From positions 1 through 64,000 of the forward strand of contig JBMORE010000152.1 of the NCBI GenBank assembly GCA_049322255.1: 64,000 nt of DNA. The letters are read 5' to 3'. The DNA comes from Myxococcota bacterium. Its GTDB lineage: Bacteria; Myxococcota; Myxococcia; Myxococcales; Myxococcaceae. A program made the position numbers and the translations under genes. Below are positions 42,417-51,466 of the stretch, in pieces (position 1 is the first letter of the stretch; each line of letters begins with the position of its first letter). The notes under the pieces were generated by a model. It saw nothing but the letters and a program-made list of their open reading frames with translations. It ran no database searches and was not told the DNA's origin.

Positions 42417-43238
42417 TCACACCCCGCGGAAGCTTACCCAAAGCCCGGCGATCGCCAAGGTGACGCCCGCCCCGAGGAGCAGCCATTCCCAGCCAGACCG
42501 GTGGGCGGGTAGCGCCTCTGGCTCAGCTTCGCTGCCGTCGACGTCGAGCTCACCCCCGGATGCCTCTTGCGGCGGAGGCGGAGGAGAAAGGCGTGGGCCC
42601 TCGAAGCGCAACAGGGAGTGCCCCAGCTCGACGACGTCTCCCGGGCTCAAGACGGCCGAGCGGTGGACGCGCTTCCCGTTCACGTACACTCCATTACAGC
42701 CACCGAGATCTTCGATGCGGTAGGCACCGACGGCGGCGACGATGCGCGCGTGGTGCCGGGAGACCGCCCGGTCGCGAATGCGAATCGCCACCTGGTAGCC
42801 GCGGCCGATGACGCCGCGCGCGAAGTCGAGGGGGAAGCGGCGCCCTAGGTCGAGCCCGGTGAGGCAGGTGAGCGACGCGCCCGCGGTGTGTTCGGGCTCG
42901 ACGACGTCGGCGAGGAGTTTTTTCAAGACCACCGCCGTCGCCGGTTTCTCGGTCGCGGGGGCGGCCGGCAGCTGGCGCAGCTCGATTCCTTGGGGCAAGC
43001 GCACGGTTTCTCCGGGGACGAGCAGCCGCGGCACCTTCGCGGGGAAGAGCACCCCGGCGAAGGCAATCGGCTCGCGGGCCTTCACCACCGCTCGTTCGCC
43101 CTCGATGGTCAGCTCGAGGAAGGCAGGCTCCAGCCCCGGCACGGGGATGTCGTCGCCGGCTCCTCCCCCCAGCCGCATCGAGCCATTCGCCAACTCCACC
43201 CGCTTGCGCTCGCCGTCGTGGCTCAGCTCCAGTGTCAT
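42417..43238 (-). CDS. FHA domain protein with C-terminal TM helix
   Basis: IGRG...DRAVSRHHA...EDLGGCNGVYVNG; degenerate FHA-like N-terminus. Confidence 0.9.
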   Translation of the reverse strand: MTLELSHDGERKRVELANGSMRLGGGAGDDIPVPGLEPAFLELTIEGERAVVKAREPIAFAGVLFPAKVPRLLVPGETVRLPQGIELRQLPAAPATEKPATAVVLKKLLADVVEPEHTAGASLTCLTGLDLGRRFPLDFARGVIGRGYQVAIRIRDRAVSRHHARIVAAVGAYRIEDLGGCNGVYVNGKRVHRSAVLSPGDVVELGHSLLRFEGPRLSPPPPPQEASGGELDVDGSEAEPEALPAHRSGWEWLLLGAGVTLAIAGLWVSFRGV

Positions 43239-43251
43239 CGTACCCACCGCG

Positions 43252-43267
43252 AGCATCCGACGTGCCT
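43252..43267 (-). promoter_or_regulatory. Sigma54-type promoter for the FHA gene
   Basis: Minus strand AGGCACG-TCGG-ATGCT; predicted TSS within a few nt of ATG 43238. Confidence 0.5.
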
Positions 43268-43381
43268 TCCAAATGAGCAGCGAATACAGCGTGTTATGTG
43301 CCTCCACCGGCAGCTGAAATCCATCTGGTAGACCCTTTGGGCTCGCCAGCGGGACGGGGTCGTCTAGGATGCGCCGGCCCG

Positions 43382-44584
43382 ATGCGACTGTTCGTCCTAG
43401 CGATGGGGGTGATGGTTTTGGCGGCCTGCCGCGACGAGCAGGCGGGGCCCAAGCACCGCCCGCCCAGCCTTCCGCCGGCCTCTGGCAACGAGGTGCGTGC
43501 GTTCGATGCGGTACCTACGGACCTCACCTACCGCAGCGGCGCCACCTGGGCGCAAGGGGCGGTCGTCTACCACGGCTCGCGCGTGCAGCCGCCAAACCCC
43601 CGTCCGGGGCAAGCGGTGATGCTTACCCATTACTTCTCGGCCACCCGCGCTCCGCCTGTTGGCTTTCGGTTCTTCGTCCACCTGGTCGACGAGTCGGGGC
43701 AGATGGTGGTCAACATGGACCACGAGATTCAAAACGGCGCCGCACCGCTCGCGCGCTGGCCGGTGGGGAAGGTCATCGAAGACCAGCACAGCTTTCCGCT
43801 TCCCGCCCAGCCCGGCCGTTTTCGCCTGCTGCTCGGGTTTTGGCAGGATGACGCGCGCCTCCCCGTCGACAACCCTTCGACCCACGACGGCAGTGGGCGT
43901 GTGCTTGGTCCCGTCTTGAGCAGCGGTGAGCCGGCGCTCCCTGAGTACCGCGTTTGGCGGGCTCAGAAAGCGCCCGTCATCGACGGGGTGCTCGACGACC
44001 CTGCCTGGCAGAAGGCGACCGCCGTCGAGCTGGTCGGCAGCTTCGATGGCCGAAAACCGATGCTGCGTACGACCGCGCGGTTGACGTACGACGACCGGCA
44101 CCTCTACGTGGCGTTCGACTCGGAAGATCCAGACGCGTGGGGCACCTTTCGAAACCCGGACGACCCCCTCTACACCGAGGAGGTGGTCGAGGTGTTCCTC
44201 GACGCCAACGGCGATGGCCGCACCTACAACGAGCTGCAGGTCTCGCCCAACAACGTCACCTTCGACGCCATGTTCGTCGCACGCCGCTCCGACCTCGCCG
44301 AGGCGATGCGCTGGAAGTCGGGCATGAAGACGGCGGTGAAGGTCCGCGGCACGGTGAACGACCCGAACGACCGCGACGAAGGCTGGAGCGCGGAGATGCA
44401 GATTCCCGTCGCGGCGCTCGCCGAGGTACCCAACGTGCCGCCCAAGCCCGGAGACCGCTGGCGCTTCAACCTCTACCGGCTCGAGCACCTCGGCCGGCGC
44501 CAGGTCGAGGGCCAGGCGTTCTCCCCGCTCTTCGCCGGCGACTTCCATCACCTGCCGCGCTTCGGCTGGCTGTCGTTCGAGTAG
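43382..44584 (+). CDS. Lipoprotein with Ig-like domain and CBM9-like (DOMON-like) sugar-binding domain
   Basis: Lipobox VLAAC; PVIDGVLDDPAW, YDDRHLYVAF, EVVEVFLD, WSAEMQIP, WRFNLYR. Confidence 0.88.
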   Translation: MRLFVLAMGVMVLAACRDEQAGPKHRPPSLPPASGNEVRAFDAVPTDLTYRSGATWAQGAVVYHGSRVQPPNPRPGQAVMLTHYFSATRAPPVGFRFFVHLVDESGQMVVNMDHEIQNGAAPLARWPVGKVIEDQHSFPLPAQPGRFRLLLGFWQDDARLPVDNPSTHDGSGRVLGPVLSSGEPALPEYRVWRAQKAPVIDGVLDDPAWQKATAVELVGSFDGRKPMLRTTARLTYDDRHLYVAFDSEDPDAWGTFRNPDDPLYTEEVVEVFLDANGDGRTYNELQVSPNNVTFDAMFVARRSDLAEAMRWKSGMKTAVKVRGTVNDPNDRDEGWSAEMQIPVAALAEVPNVPPKPGDRWRFNLYRLEHLGRRQVEGQAFSPLFAGDFHHLPRFGWLSFE

Positions 44585-44593
44585 CGGGCCGGA

Positions 44594-44848
44594 TCAGAGC
44601 TTGGGCTCGAGGTCCCAGTGAGACTCGGCGTGCGAACGCTCAGCGGGGTCGCCCAGGAAGTGGAGAAACCCTCGCAGCTCCAGCGTGTCGATGAGCTCTT
44701 CGGCCTCGAGCTCGGAGAACCCCCGCTGATGCACGAGCACGTCGCGCATCAGCGCTTTGCCGCGCAAGTAGCCGACGGGCTCGCCCGGCGCCAGCTGGTC
44801 GCGGAGCTCCCGGGTGAGCTGCGAAAGGTCGAGGTCTTCAGGAATCAT
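44594..44848 (-). CDS. Small hypothetical protein
   Basis: MIPEDLDL...GYLRGK...SELEAEELIDTLE; host-like codon usage. Confidence 0.7.
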   Translation of the reverse strand: MIPEDLDLSQLTRELRDQLAPGEPVGYLRGKALMRDVLVHQRGFSELEAEELIDTLELRGFLHFLGDPAERSHAESHWDLEPKL

Positions 44849-44904
44849 GTCTTCAAAGCTGGGCACTGGGGCGCACACCGGCAATTCGCTCGTCCGGTCT
44901 TTCG

Positions 44905-47280
44905 CTAAGGCCCGGGAAGAAACGTGTCCACCTGCACGTCTTGGCCATCGCTGACGAAACGAATCGCTCCGTGCAGGTCGGTGCGGTAGCAGCGGGTGCC
45001 CAGCCGCTCATAGCGCTCGACCACCTCAGGGTGAGGAAAGCCGAAGCGGTTGTTTCGCCCCACACAGAAGACCACGAAGCGTGGCCGAGCCTTGAGAACG
45101 AAGGGCTCGGAGGACGAGGTGCGCGAGCCGTGGTGCGGCGCCTTGAGCACCGTCACGTCGCCGGTGGAAAGCGCCTCCTCTCCTGCCGCTTCCACGTCTC
45201 CGGTGAGGAGGAAGCTCACCGCCCCGTGACGCACCCGCAAGACGATGCTCTGATCGTTCACCCCTTCGAGCAATGCCCGGTCGCGCGGGGGGCCGAGCAC
45301 GTCGAGGTGGGCGTCGCCGAGGCGAAGACCGGGATGACCTGCTTCGATCTCCTCGGAGGTCACTCCCGCCGCGCCACGCACCGCTTCCGAAAGCGCGCCA
45401 GCCGAAGTTCCGGCGGCAAGCCACAGCCGTGCGGTGGGCACCACGCGCAACGTCGAGGCCAGCCCCAGCGCGTGGTCGGGGTGCGGGTGGGACAGCACCG
45501 CGAGGTCGAGGCGATCGATGCCCCGCTGGCGGAGGAAGGGCAGAACGTACTTGCGCCCGGTGTCGGTCCCTCCGGGTACGCCTCCGCCGTCGACCAACGC
45601 ATGCGCGCCGCGCGAGCTCAGCACCACCGCGTCTCCGTGCCCGACGGCGAGGAAGACGACCTCCAGACCCTGCACGGGCGCCCACGCGGTGAGCGCGAAC
45701 AGGCAGGCCCCGGGCGCCAAGAGCGCTCCGTGACGCCATCGGCCGCGACCGATGGCAAACAGCGCCAACCCCGCGAGGAAGAGCAGGGTGGCGAGGGCGG
45801 AGAACCCCGGGAAGTGAAAGGCCGCTCCGGGAAGCTGGGCGAAGCCGCGCGTGGCCCACACCAGAAGCTGCGAGGCCCAGCCTCCCACGTAGAGCACTGG
45901 GGTCGCCGCCGCTGGCCAGACGAGGAAGAGAGCCGCCCCGGTGGCGGCCAGGCCGGTGAGCGCGGCGCACAAGGGCAGGCACAGAATGTTCGAGATCAAC
46001 CCGGCGAGGCTCACCCGCTGGAATGCTCCTGCCACCAAAGGAAGGCCGGCAAGAGTCACTGCCAAGCTGGCGCACAGGGTCTGCGCGGCCGTCTCCCGCA
46101 CACGCTGAAGGCGGTAGCGCCAGCGCGACCGCTCCGAGGGGTCCGGCCGCGGCAAAGGCACGACGTCGCGAAGCGCCGGAGCGAGCAGCAACAGGCTCGC
46201 CACCGCGAGGAAGGAGAGCTGCATGGAAAGATCGGCGACGCACGAAGGGTCGAAAGAGATCACCGCCATCGCCGCCAGCGCCAAGCCGTTGAGCGCATCG
46301 GCGCGCCGCCACAGCGCCATCGCCAAAAACACTAAGGTGGCCATCACCGCCGAGCGCACCGCCGGAGGCTGGCTCCCGGTGAAGAGCACGTACCCCCACA
46401 CCACGGGGATGGAGAGTGGCGCGGCCAGCCTGCGCGCGTCGATGCGCCGTGCCCGCGGCCACCCACGCACCAGGGCGCGCCGCAACAGCCACAGCGTCAT
46501 CCACGCCAGGGCAGCCACGTGCAGACCGCTCACCGAAAGCACATGGGCAAGCCCGCTTCGGGAGAAGTCTTCCTCGAGCGTCTCCCCCAGCTCCAGGCGC
46601 AACCCCGCCGCCAAGGTGAGGTAGAGGGCGGCGGCCTCCGGTGAAGGGGAGAGCGCGCGCACCCGTTGCGCCAACCGCTCGTGGGTCTGGTCGAGCCAAA
46701 CGCGCATCATCGACGGCGGCGAAGCCACCACCAGCCGCGCGGGCGCAAAGCTGCCGGTAAAGCGCAAGCTTCGCCGCCGTCGCTGACCTGCCAGGTCGCG
46801 CTCACCGGGGTTGGCCGCCTGGGCGATGGGAGACAGCCGCGCCGCCACCGCCACCCGCTGCCCCGCTTGGAGCTGTCTGCCGACTTGGTGCGCGTAGAGC
46901 TGCGCGCGGAAACGGGCGGGGACGTGGTTGGCCCGGCTGACTGCCACCGTCAACCGCGTGACGTCGTCGAAGCGGGCCACCGCTTCCAGCTCCCCTTCCA
47001 GGCTGGCCGGTCCGCCCTTTGCGATGGCGTGGGGAACCTGGGCACGTGCCTCGAGCGTCGACAGACCGACGCCCGCACAAAAGAAGGCGAGGAGCACCCC
47101 CAAGTGAGCGCCCAAATGCCGCGAAAAGACGAAAGAAACTCCCGCGAGGGCGACCGCAAGCCCGAGGAATATTCCGGGAGAAAAAGCCGTTTCTTCCGCC
47201 ACCCACGCGCCGCACGCGAGGCTGAAGGCTGGAAAAACGGCTGGACGGTCTGCCAGCTCACCCCACGAATAACGGCCCAC
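44905..47280 (-). CDS. comEC: DNA uptake competence protein ComEC/Rec2
   Basis: SGLAHVLSVSGLHV, PPAVRS, MQLSF, metallo-beta-lactamase domain (VGHGDA, SHPHPDH, LTGDVE, HHGSRTSS). Confidence 0.96.
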   Translation of the reverse strand: MGRYSWGELADRPAVFPAFSLACGAWVAEETAFSPGIFLGLAVALAGVSFVFSRHLGAHLGVLLAFFCAGVGLSTLEARAQVPHAIAKGGPASLEGELEAVARFDDVTRLTVAVSRANHVPARFRAQLYAHQVGRQLQAGQRVAVAARLSPIAQAANPGERDLAGQRRRRSLRFTGSFAPARLVVASPPSMMRVWLDQTHERLAQRVRALSPSPEAAALYLTLAAGLRLELGETLEEDFSRSGLAHVLSVSGLHVAALAWMTLWLLRRALVRGWPRARRIDARRLAAPLSIPVVWGYVLFTGSQPPAVRSAVMATLVFLAMALWRRADALNGLALAAMAVISFDPSCVADLSMQLSFLAVASLLLLAPALRDVVPLPRPDPSERSRWRYRLQRVRETAAQTLCASLAVTLAGLPLVAGAFQRVSLAGLISNILCLPLCAALTGLAATGAALFLVWPAAATPVLYVGGWASQLLVWATRGFAQLPGAAFHFPGFSALATLLFLAGLALFAIGRGRWRHGALLAPGACLFALTAWAPVQGLEVVFLAVGHGDAVVLSSRGAHALVDGGGVPGGTDTGRKYVLPFLRQRGIDRLDLAVLSHPHPDHALGLASTLRVVPTARLWLAAGTSAGALSEAVRGAAGVTSEEIEAGHPGLRLGDAHLDVLGPPRDRALLEGVNDQSIVLRVRHGAVSFLLTGDVEAAGEEALSTGDVTVLKAPHHGSRTSSSEPFVLKARPRFVVFCVGRNNRFGFPHPEVVERYERLGTRCYRTDLHGAIRFVSDGQDVQVDTFLPGP

Positions 47281-47343
47281 GCCCCACCCCCACCTTCCTC
47301 GCCCTACCCACCATGCCCGCGCAACCCACCGTTACCCCAAGCA

Positions 47344-47359
47344 CTTTCAATATTGAAAG
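47344..47359. promoter_or_regulatory. Perfect 16-bp AT-rich palindrome between comEC and cdnL
   Basis: CTTTCAATATTGAAAG. Confidence 0.55.
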
Positions 47360-47422
47360 GCCTGGCCGTCAAAGGGGGACAAAGTTTAGCGAAAAGCCGT
47401 TGAGGTAATCAAGGCCGGTTCA

Positions 47423-47451
47423 TTGAGCCCAGATGTAGGATGTGGTAGTAT
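47423..47451 (+). promoter_or_regulatory. SigmaA-type promoter of cdnL
   Basis: TTGAGC-N17-TAGTAT with extended -10 TG. Confidence 0.6.
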
Positions 47452-47489
47452 GGCATCGCAGTCGGGCTCGCGTCAGGAGGCGGTTCAGC

Positions 47490-47984
47490 GTGCAGACCAG
47501 TTTCAAGACCGGTGACAAGGCGGTGTACCCCGGCCAAGGGGTGGGCGAGGTGATGGGAATCGAGCACACGGAGGTCGCCGGGCAGCGGCAGTCCTTCTAT
47601 GTGTTGCGCATCCTCGAGAACGGAATGCGCATCATGATTCCGATCAACAAGGTGGGCTCGGTCGGCCTGCGGGAGATCATCTCCGAGGACGACGTGAAGC
47701 AGGTCTATTCCATCCTCAAGGAGAAGGACATCTCGGTCGACTCCACCACCTGGAACCGCCGGTACCGGGAGTACATGGAGAAGATCAAGACCGGCTCGGT
47801 GTTCGAGATCGCCGAGGTGTTGCGCGACCTCTATCTGCTCAAGGGCGACAAGGACCTTTCCTTCGGCGAGCGCAAGATGCTCGACACCGCCCGCTCGCTC
47901 CTCATCAAGGAGCTGTCCTTGGCCAAAGAGTGCACCGAGGACGAGATCGAGGCCGACCTCAAGAAGATCTTCAACATCACCTAA
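47490..47984 (+). CDS. cdnL: CarD-family RNA polymerase-binding transcription factor CdnL
   Basis: RBS AGGAGG, GTG start; FKTGDKAVYPGQGVG...TWNRRYREYMEKIKTG...LSFGERKMLD, matching myxobacterial CdnL as I recall it. Confidence 0.95.
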   Translation: MQTSFKTGDKAVYPGQGVGEVMGIEHTEVAGQRQSFYVLRILENGMRIMIPINKVGSVGLREIISEDDVKQVYSILKEKDISVDSTTWNRRYREYMEKIKTGSVFEIAEVLRDLYLLKGDKDLSFGERKMLDTARSLLIKELSLAKECTEDEIEADLKKIFNIT

Positions 47985-47992
47985 AGCAGGTG

Positions 47993-48640
47993 ATGGACCC
48001 GTCGACGCCGCTTCCTTCCGCCCGTGACGAGCGGGAGGAGCGGATTGCCGAGCTCGAAGCCCGCATCTCCCGGCGCCGCGGCCCGGGGGTGAAGCTGCCG
48101 GTGGCGCTCTTTGCCATCGCCGCCTGCGTAGCACTCTTGTGGATGCAGCGGCTCGACGTCGGCTACCACTTCTCTCCCAAAGAGCCGCTCTCCCTGGGGG
48201 CCGAGGGCGACTACCATTTCGACCAGCTCGCCTCGAATCGTTATGCGCAGGTGCACGGGGTGCCCACGTTGCGGGGAGCGTATTCGGTCGAAGAGGGCAC
48301 CACCTACGTGGTGGTGGGGCTACGTGACACGCCCCTCTTGGTGAGGCGACAGGCGTTTCCGAGCGAGGAGTGGAAAGTGGGCACCCTCCCACCGCAGCCG
48401 GTGCAGTCGCCTTTCGCGGTGCGCGGTCGCCTGCTTTCGCGCCAGGATGCCGTCCGCTACGAGGAAGGCTTTCGGCAGCTCGAACCGTTGGGGGAGGTGC
48501 GCCCAAGAAACGGCCAGCTGTGGATTCTCATCGAGGGCGAGCGCCCGGGAGAGAACCCGGTGACGCTCCTGTGGATCCTCGGGTTGAGCGCCTTCGCTGT
48601 GGTGCACGCCTGGTTCGCCTTGCGCGCGGTGCGGCGTTAA
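47993..48640 (+). CDS. Hypothetical membrane protein (two TM helices flanking a soluble domain)
   Basis: ORF 8 nt after the cdnL stop. Confidence 0.75.
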   Translation: MDPSTPLPSARDEREERIAELEARISRRRGPGVKLPVALFAIAACVALLWMQRLDVGYHFSPKEPLSLGAEGDYHFDQLASNRYAQVHGVPTLRGAYSVEEGTTYVVVGLRDTPLLVRRQAFPSEEWKVGTLPPQPVQSPFAVRGRLLSRQDAVRYEEGFRQLEPLGEVRPRNGQLWILIEGERPGENPVTLLWILGLSAFAVVHAWFALRAVRR

Positions 48641-49989
48641 TCCTCCCAAGCGTCGTCGATGGCGTTGCGCACCGCGTCCTTTTTCGGCGCGGCTTGCTTC
48701 TTCGGCGCGGGTTTCTCCTCGTCCTCCTCACTGAACGCGTCGTCGATGCTCGACGGGGAGGTCTTCTTCGGAGTGGCCAGCTTCTTCAGTTGCGCCTTGG
48801 CCTTGGTGTTCGAAGGGTCGTGCTTGAGGGCGACCTCCAGCGCTTTTTTCGCGGCGGCCTCGTCGTCGTTCTCCACATGGGTGAGCGCCACCAGCGTCCA
48901 GAGCGCGGAGAGCTCCTTGCGGATTTCGCCGCCATACTTGCTCCAGCCACTGGAGAGGGCTTGGTCGAGCGCCAGCGCCGTCTCGAAGCTCCTGATGGCC
49001 GCGGTCCCGTTCTTGGCCCTCATCGCCTCGCGCGCTGCTTGGTAGCTGCCGACGAACTTGCCCAGCTTGGAGACGAGGTCTTTGTCCTTGCCGCGCTTCG
49101 CCATTTCGAGCGCACCAGCGGCGTCTCCTTCTTCGTACTTGGCGAGAATGACCGCCTTCTTCGGGGCCGGCTCTTCCTGCTTGGCTTCGATCTTTTCGTC
49201 TTCCGCGGTGGTTTTGGCCACCAGGGGGCTCTTCTTCGAGGCGGCCACGGCGGGTGTGGGCTTGACGATGGGTTCAGGCGGAGGTGGCCGCGGTGGCTCC
49301 GCCTCGCGCTCCTTCTCGGCCCGCTCGCGCTGAGGCGGGTCGTTGTCCCGAGCGGGCTTGGAAGGCTCGGCGGGTGGTTGGGTCACGACCGGTGGCGCGT
49401 CGAGCTGCACCAAGGGGGGGCGAAGCTGCCCCTCCTGCTGGCTCGCCCCCGAGGGCAACTTGAGGAGGGCGAACATGAGCACGCCGGCGAGGCCGAACCC
49501 CACCACGCCGGCAAAAATCGCCACCCGCATCGTCGAAGGGCCCTTGGGCGAGGGGCGAAAGACCCGATCGGTTGGTTCGGCGCTCAAGAGCGCCGCCGAG
49601 CTCCTCTGGGGCTTGGGCCTGGCCGGCGCCCTGGTCTCCACCGGCGAACGGGACGGCGGCTCCGCCTCGTGCAGCTTGAGCAGCGCGTTGCCCATCGCGA
49701 TTTCATCACCTGGGTAAATCTCCATCTCGGCGGCGATCTTGGTCTTGTTGACGAAGGTGCCGTTCTGGCTGCCGAGGTCTCGAATGTAGAAGCGGTTGCC
49801 GGTGCGGGTGAGCTGGGCGTGGCGACGGCTGATCGAGGGGTGCTTCAGCCGCAGGTCGGAGATCGACGCGCGGCCGATGACCACCGGCCCCTGCTTGACG
49901 GGGATGAGCTGCCCCGCGCCGGGCCCGCGCTCGACGTAGAGAAACCACGGATTCCCGCCGCGCGCGGGCTGGTCGTAGGAAGGCGCCAT
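48637..49989 (-). CDS. FHA domain protein, single TM, Pro-rich linker, C-terminal TPR-like region
   Basis: VIGRAS...HPSISRRHA...DLGSQNGTFVN. Confidence 0.92.
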   Translation of the reverse strand: MAPSYDQPARGGNPWFLYVERGPGAGQLIPVKQGPVVIGRASISDLRLKHPSISRRHAQLTRTGNRFYIRDLGSQNGTFVNKTKIAAEMEIYPGDEIAMGNALLKLHEAEPPSRSPVETRAPARPKPQRSSAALLSAEPTDRVFRPSPKGPSTMRVAIFAGVVGFGLAGVLMFALLKLPSGASQQEGQLRPPLVQLDAPPVVTQPPAEPSKPARDNDPPQRERAEKEREAEPPRPPPPEPIVKPTPAVAASKKSPLVAKTTAEDEKIEAKQEEPAPKKAVILAKYEEGDAAGALEMAKRGKDKDLVSKLGKFVGSYQAAREAMRAKNGTAAIRSFETALALDQALSSGWSKYGGEIRKELSALWTLVALTHVENDDEAAAKKALEVALKHDPSNTKAKAQLKKLATPKKTSPSSIDDAFSEEDEEKPAPKKQAAPKKDAVRNAIDDAWED

Positions 49990-50006
49990 CTAGAGACTAG
50001 GGTCGC

Positions 50007-50014
50007 ATTATAGT
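50007..50014. promoter_or_regulatory. Overlapping divergent -10 elements (bidirectional promoter)
   Basis: ATTATAGT reads TATAGT on + (50009-14) and TATAAT on - (50012-07) within a 31-bp divergent gap. Confidence 0.55.
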
Positions 50015-50020
50015 GCCGCC

Positions 50021-51466
50021 GTGATTCGGGTTTTCAATACGCTTACCCATCAGAAGGAAGAGCTGGTTCCGTTGCAGCCGGGCAGGTTGGGCATCTACGT
50101 CTGCGGCCCGACAGTCTACAGCTTCGTGCACATCGGCAATGCGCGCACGTTCACCTCGTTCGACGTGGTGGTGCGCTACCTGCGCTACCGGGGCTTTCAA
50201 GTGACGTACGTCCGCAACTACACCGACGTGGACGACAAAATCATCAACGCCGCCAAGGAGACCAAAGAGGACCCGATCGAGCTCGCCGCGCGCTTCGTGC
50301 GCATCTTCCGCGAGGACGCGGCGGCGCTGCACCTTGTCGAGCCCGACGTGTCCCCCAAAGTCTCGGACCACATCCCGGAGATCATCGGCATCATCGAGAA
50401 GCTGTTCGCCCACGGCGTCGCCTACGCTTCGCAAGGAGACGTCTACTTCGCGGTGGGCAAGTACCCTCCTTACGCCAAGCTCTCCAAGCGAAACCTCGAG
50501 GACTTGAAGGCGGGGGCGCGGGTGGAGGTAGGCGAGCAGAAGCGCGACCCGCTCGACTTCGCGCTGTGGAAGGCGGCCAAGCCAGGGGAGCCAGCGTGGG
50601 ACAGCCCGTGGGGAAAAGGCCGGCCGGGTTGGCACATCGAGTGCTCGGCGATGAGCGCCAAGTACCTGGGAGAGACCTTCGACCTCCACGGCGGCGGCGT
50701 CGACCTCATTTTCCCCCACCACGAGAACGAGATCGCCCAGAGCGAGGCGGCCTCCCACCGACCCTTCGCCCGCTACTGGCTGCACTGCAACTTCCTCGAC
50801 CTCGAGGGAGCGAAGATGTCCAAGAGCCTGGGCAACGTGGTGCGCCTGCGCGATGCGCTCACCCGCGTCGACCCGGAAGCGCTGCGCTACTTCTTCCTCT
50901 CCACCCACTACCGAAGCCCGCTCTCCTTCTCCGACAAGGCGCTCGCCGACGCCGACAGCCGCGTGGAGTACTTCTACGAGACGCTCACCAAGGTCGATGA
51001 GCGGCTGGGAGGAAGGGACTTCGGCGCAGGGCCGGTGCACGGCGAGCCGGAGCGCTTTCTCGCCGACTTCCAGGCGGCGATGGACGACGACTTCAACTCC
51101 GCGGGAGCGCTGGCGGCGGTGGCCGGCCTGTTCACCGCGATGAACGAGCTCACCGACAAGCCGCCGGTAAAGGACAAGGCGGTGGTCGGGCGCACGCTCC
51201 GGGCGCTCCGAGCACAGGTGGCGCCGATCGCGGGGGTCTTGGGAGTGCTGGAGGACGAGCCGACTTCCTGGTTGCTCCGCCGGCGCGATCGGGCAGTGAA
51301 ACAGAAAGGTATCGATCAGATGAAGGTGGAAGAGCTGGTGGCACGACGGGACCAGGCACGGGCGGCCAAAGACTTCGCCGCCGCCGACCAGCTGCGCGCC
51401 GAGCTCAAAGCGATGAGCGTGGAGGTGATGGACACCTCCGCGGGTACGACATGGAAGGTGGCATGA
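50021..51466 (+). CDS. cysS: Cysteine--tRNA ligase
   Basis: [44 protein letters not shown]. Confidence 0.98.
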   Translation: MIRVFNTLTHQKEELVPLQPGRLGIYVCGPTVYSFVHIGNARTFTSFDVVVRYLRYRGFQVTYVRNYTDVDDKIINAAKETKEDPIELAARFVRIFREDAAALHLVEPDVSPKVSDHIPEIIGIIEKLFAHGVAYASQGDVYFAVGKYPPYAKLSKRNLEDLKAGARVEVGEQKRDPLDFALWKAAKPGEPAWDSPWGKGRPGWHIECSAMSAKYLGETFDLHGGGVDLIFPHHENEIAQSEAASHRPFARYWLHCNFLDLEGAKMSKSLGNVVRLRDALTRVDPEALRYFFLSTHYRSPLSFSDKALADADSRVEYFYETLTKVDERLGGRDFGAGPVHGEPERFLADFQAAMDDDFNSAGALAAVAGLFTAMNELTDKPPVKDKAVVGRTLRALRAQVAPIAGVLGVLEDEPTSWLLRRRDRAVKQKGIDQMKVEELVARRDQARAAKDFAAADQLRAELKAMSVEVMDTSAGTTWKVA

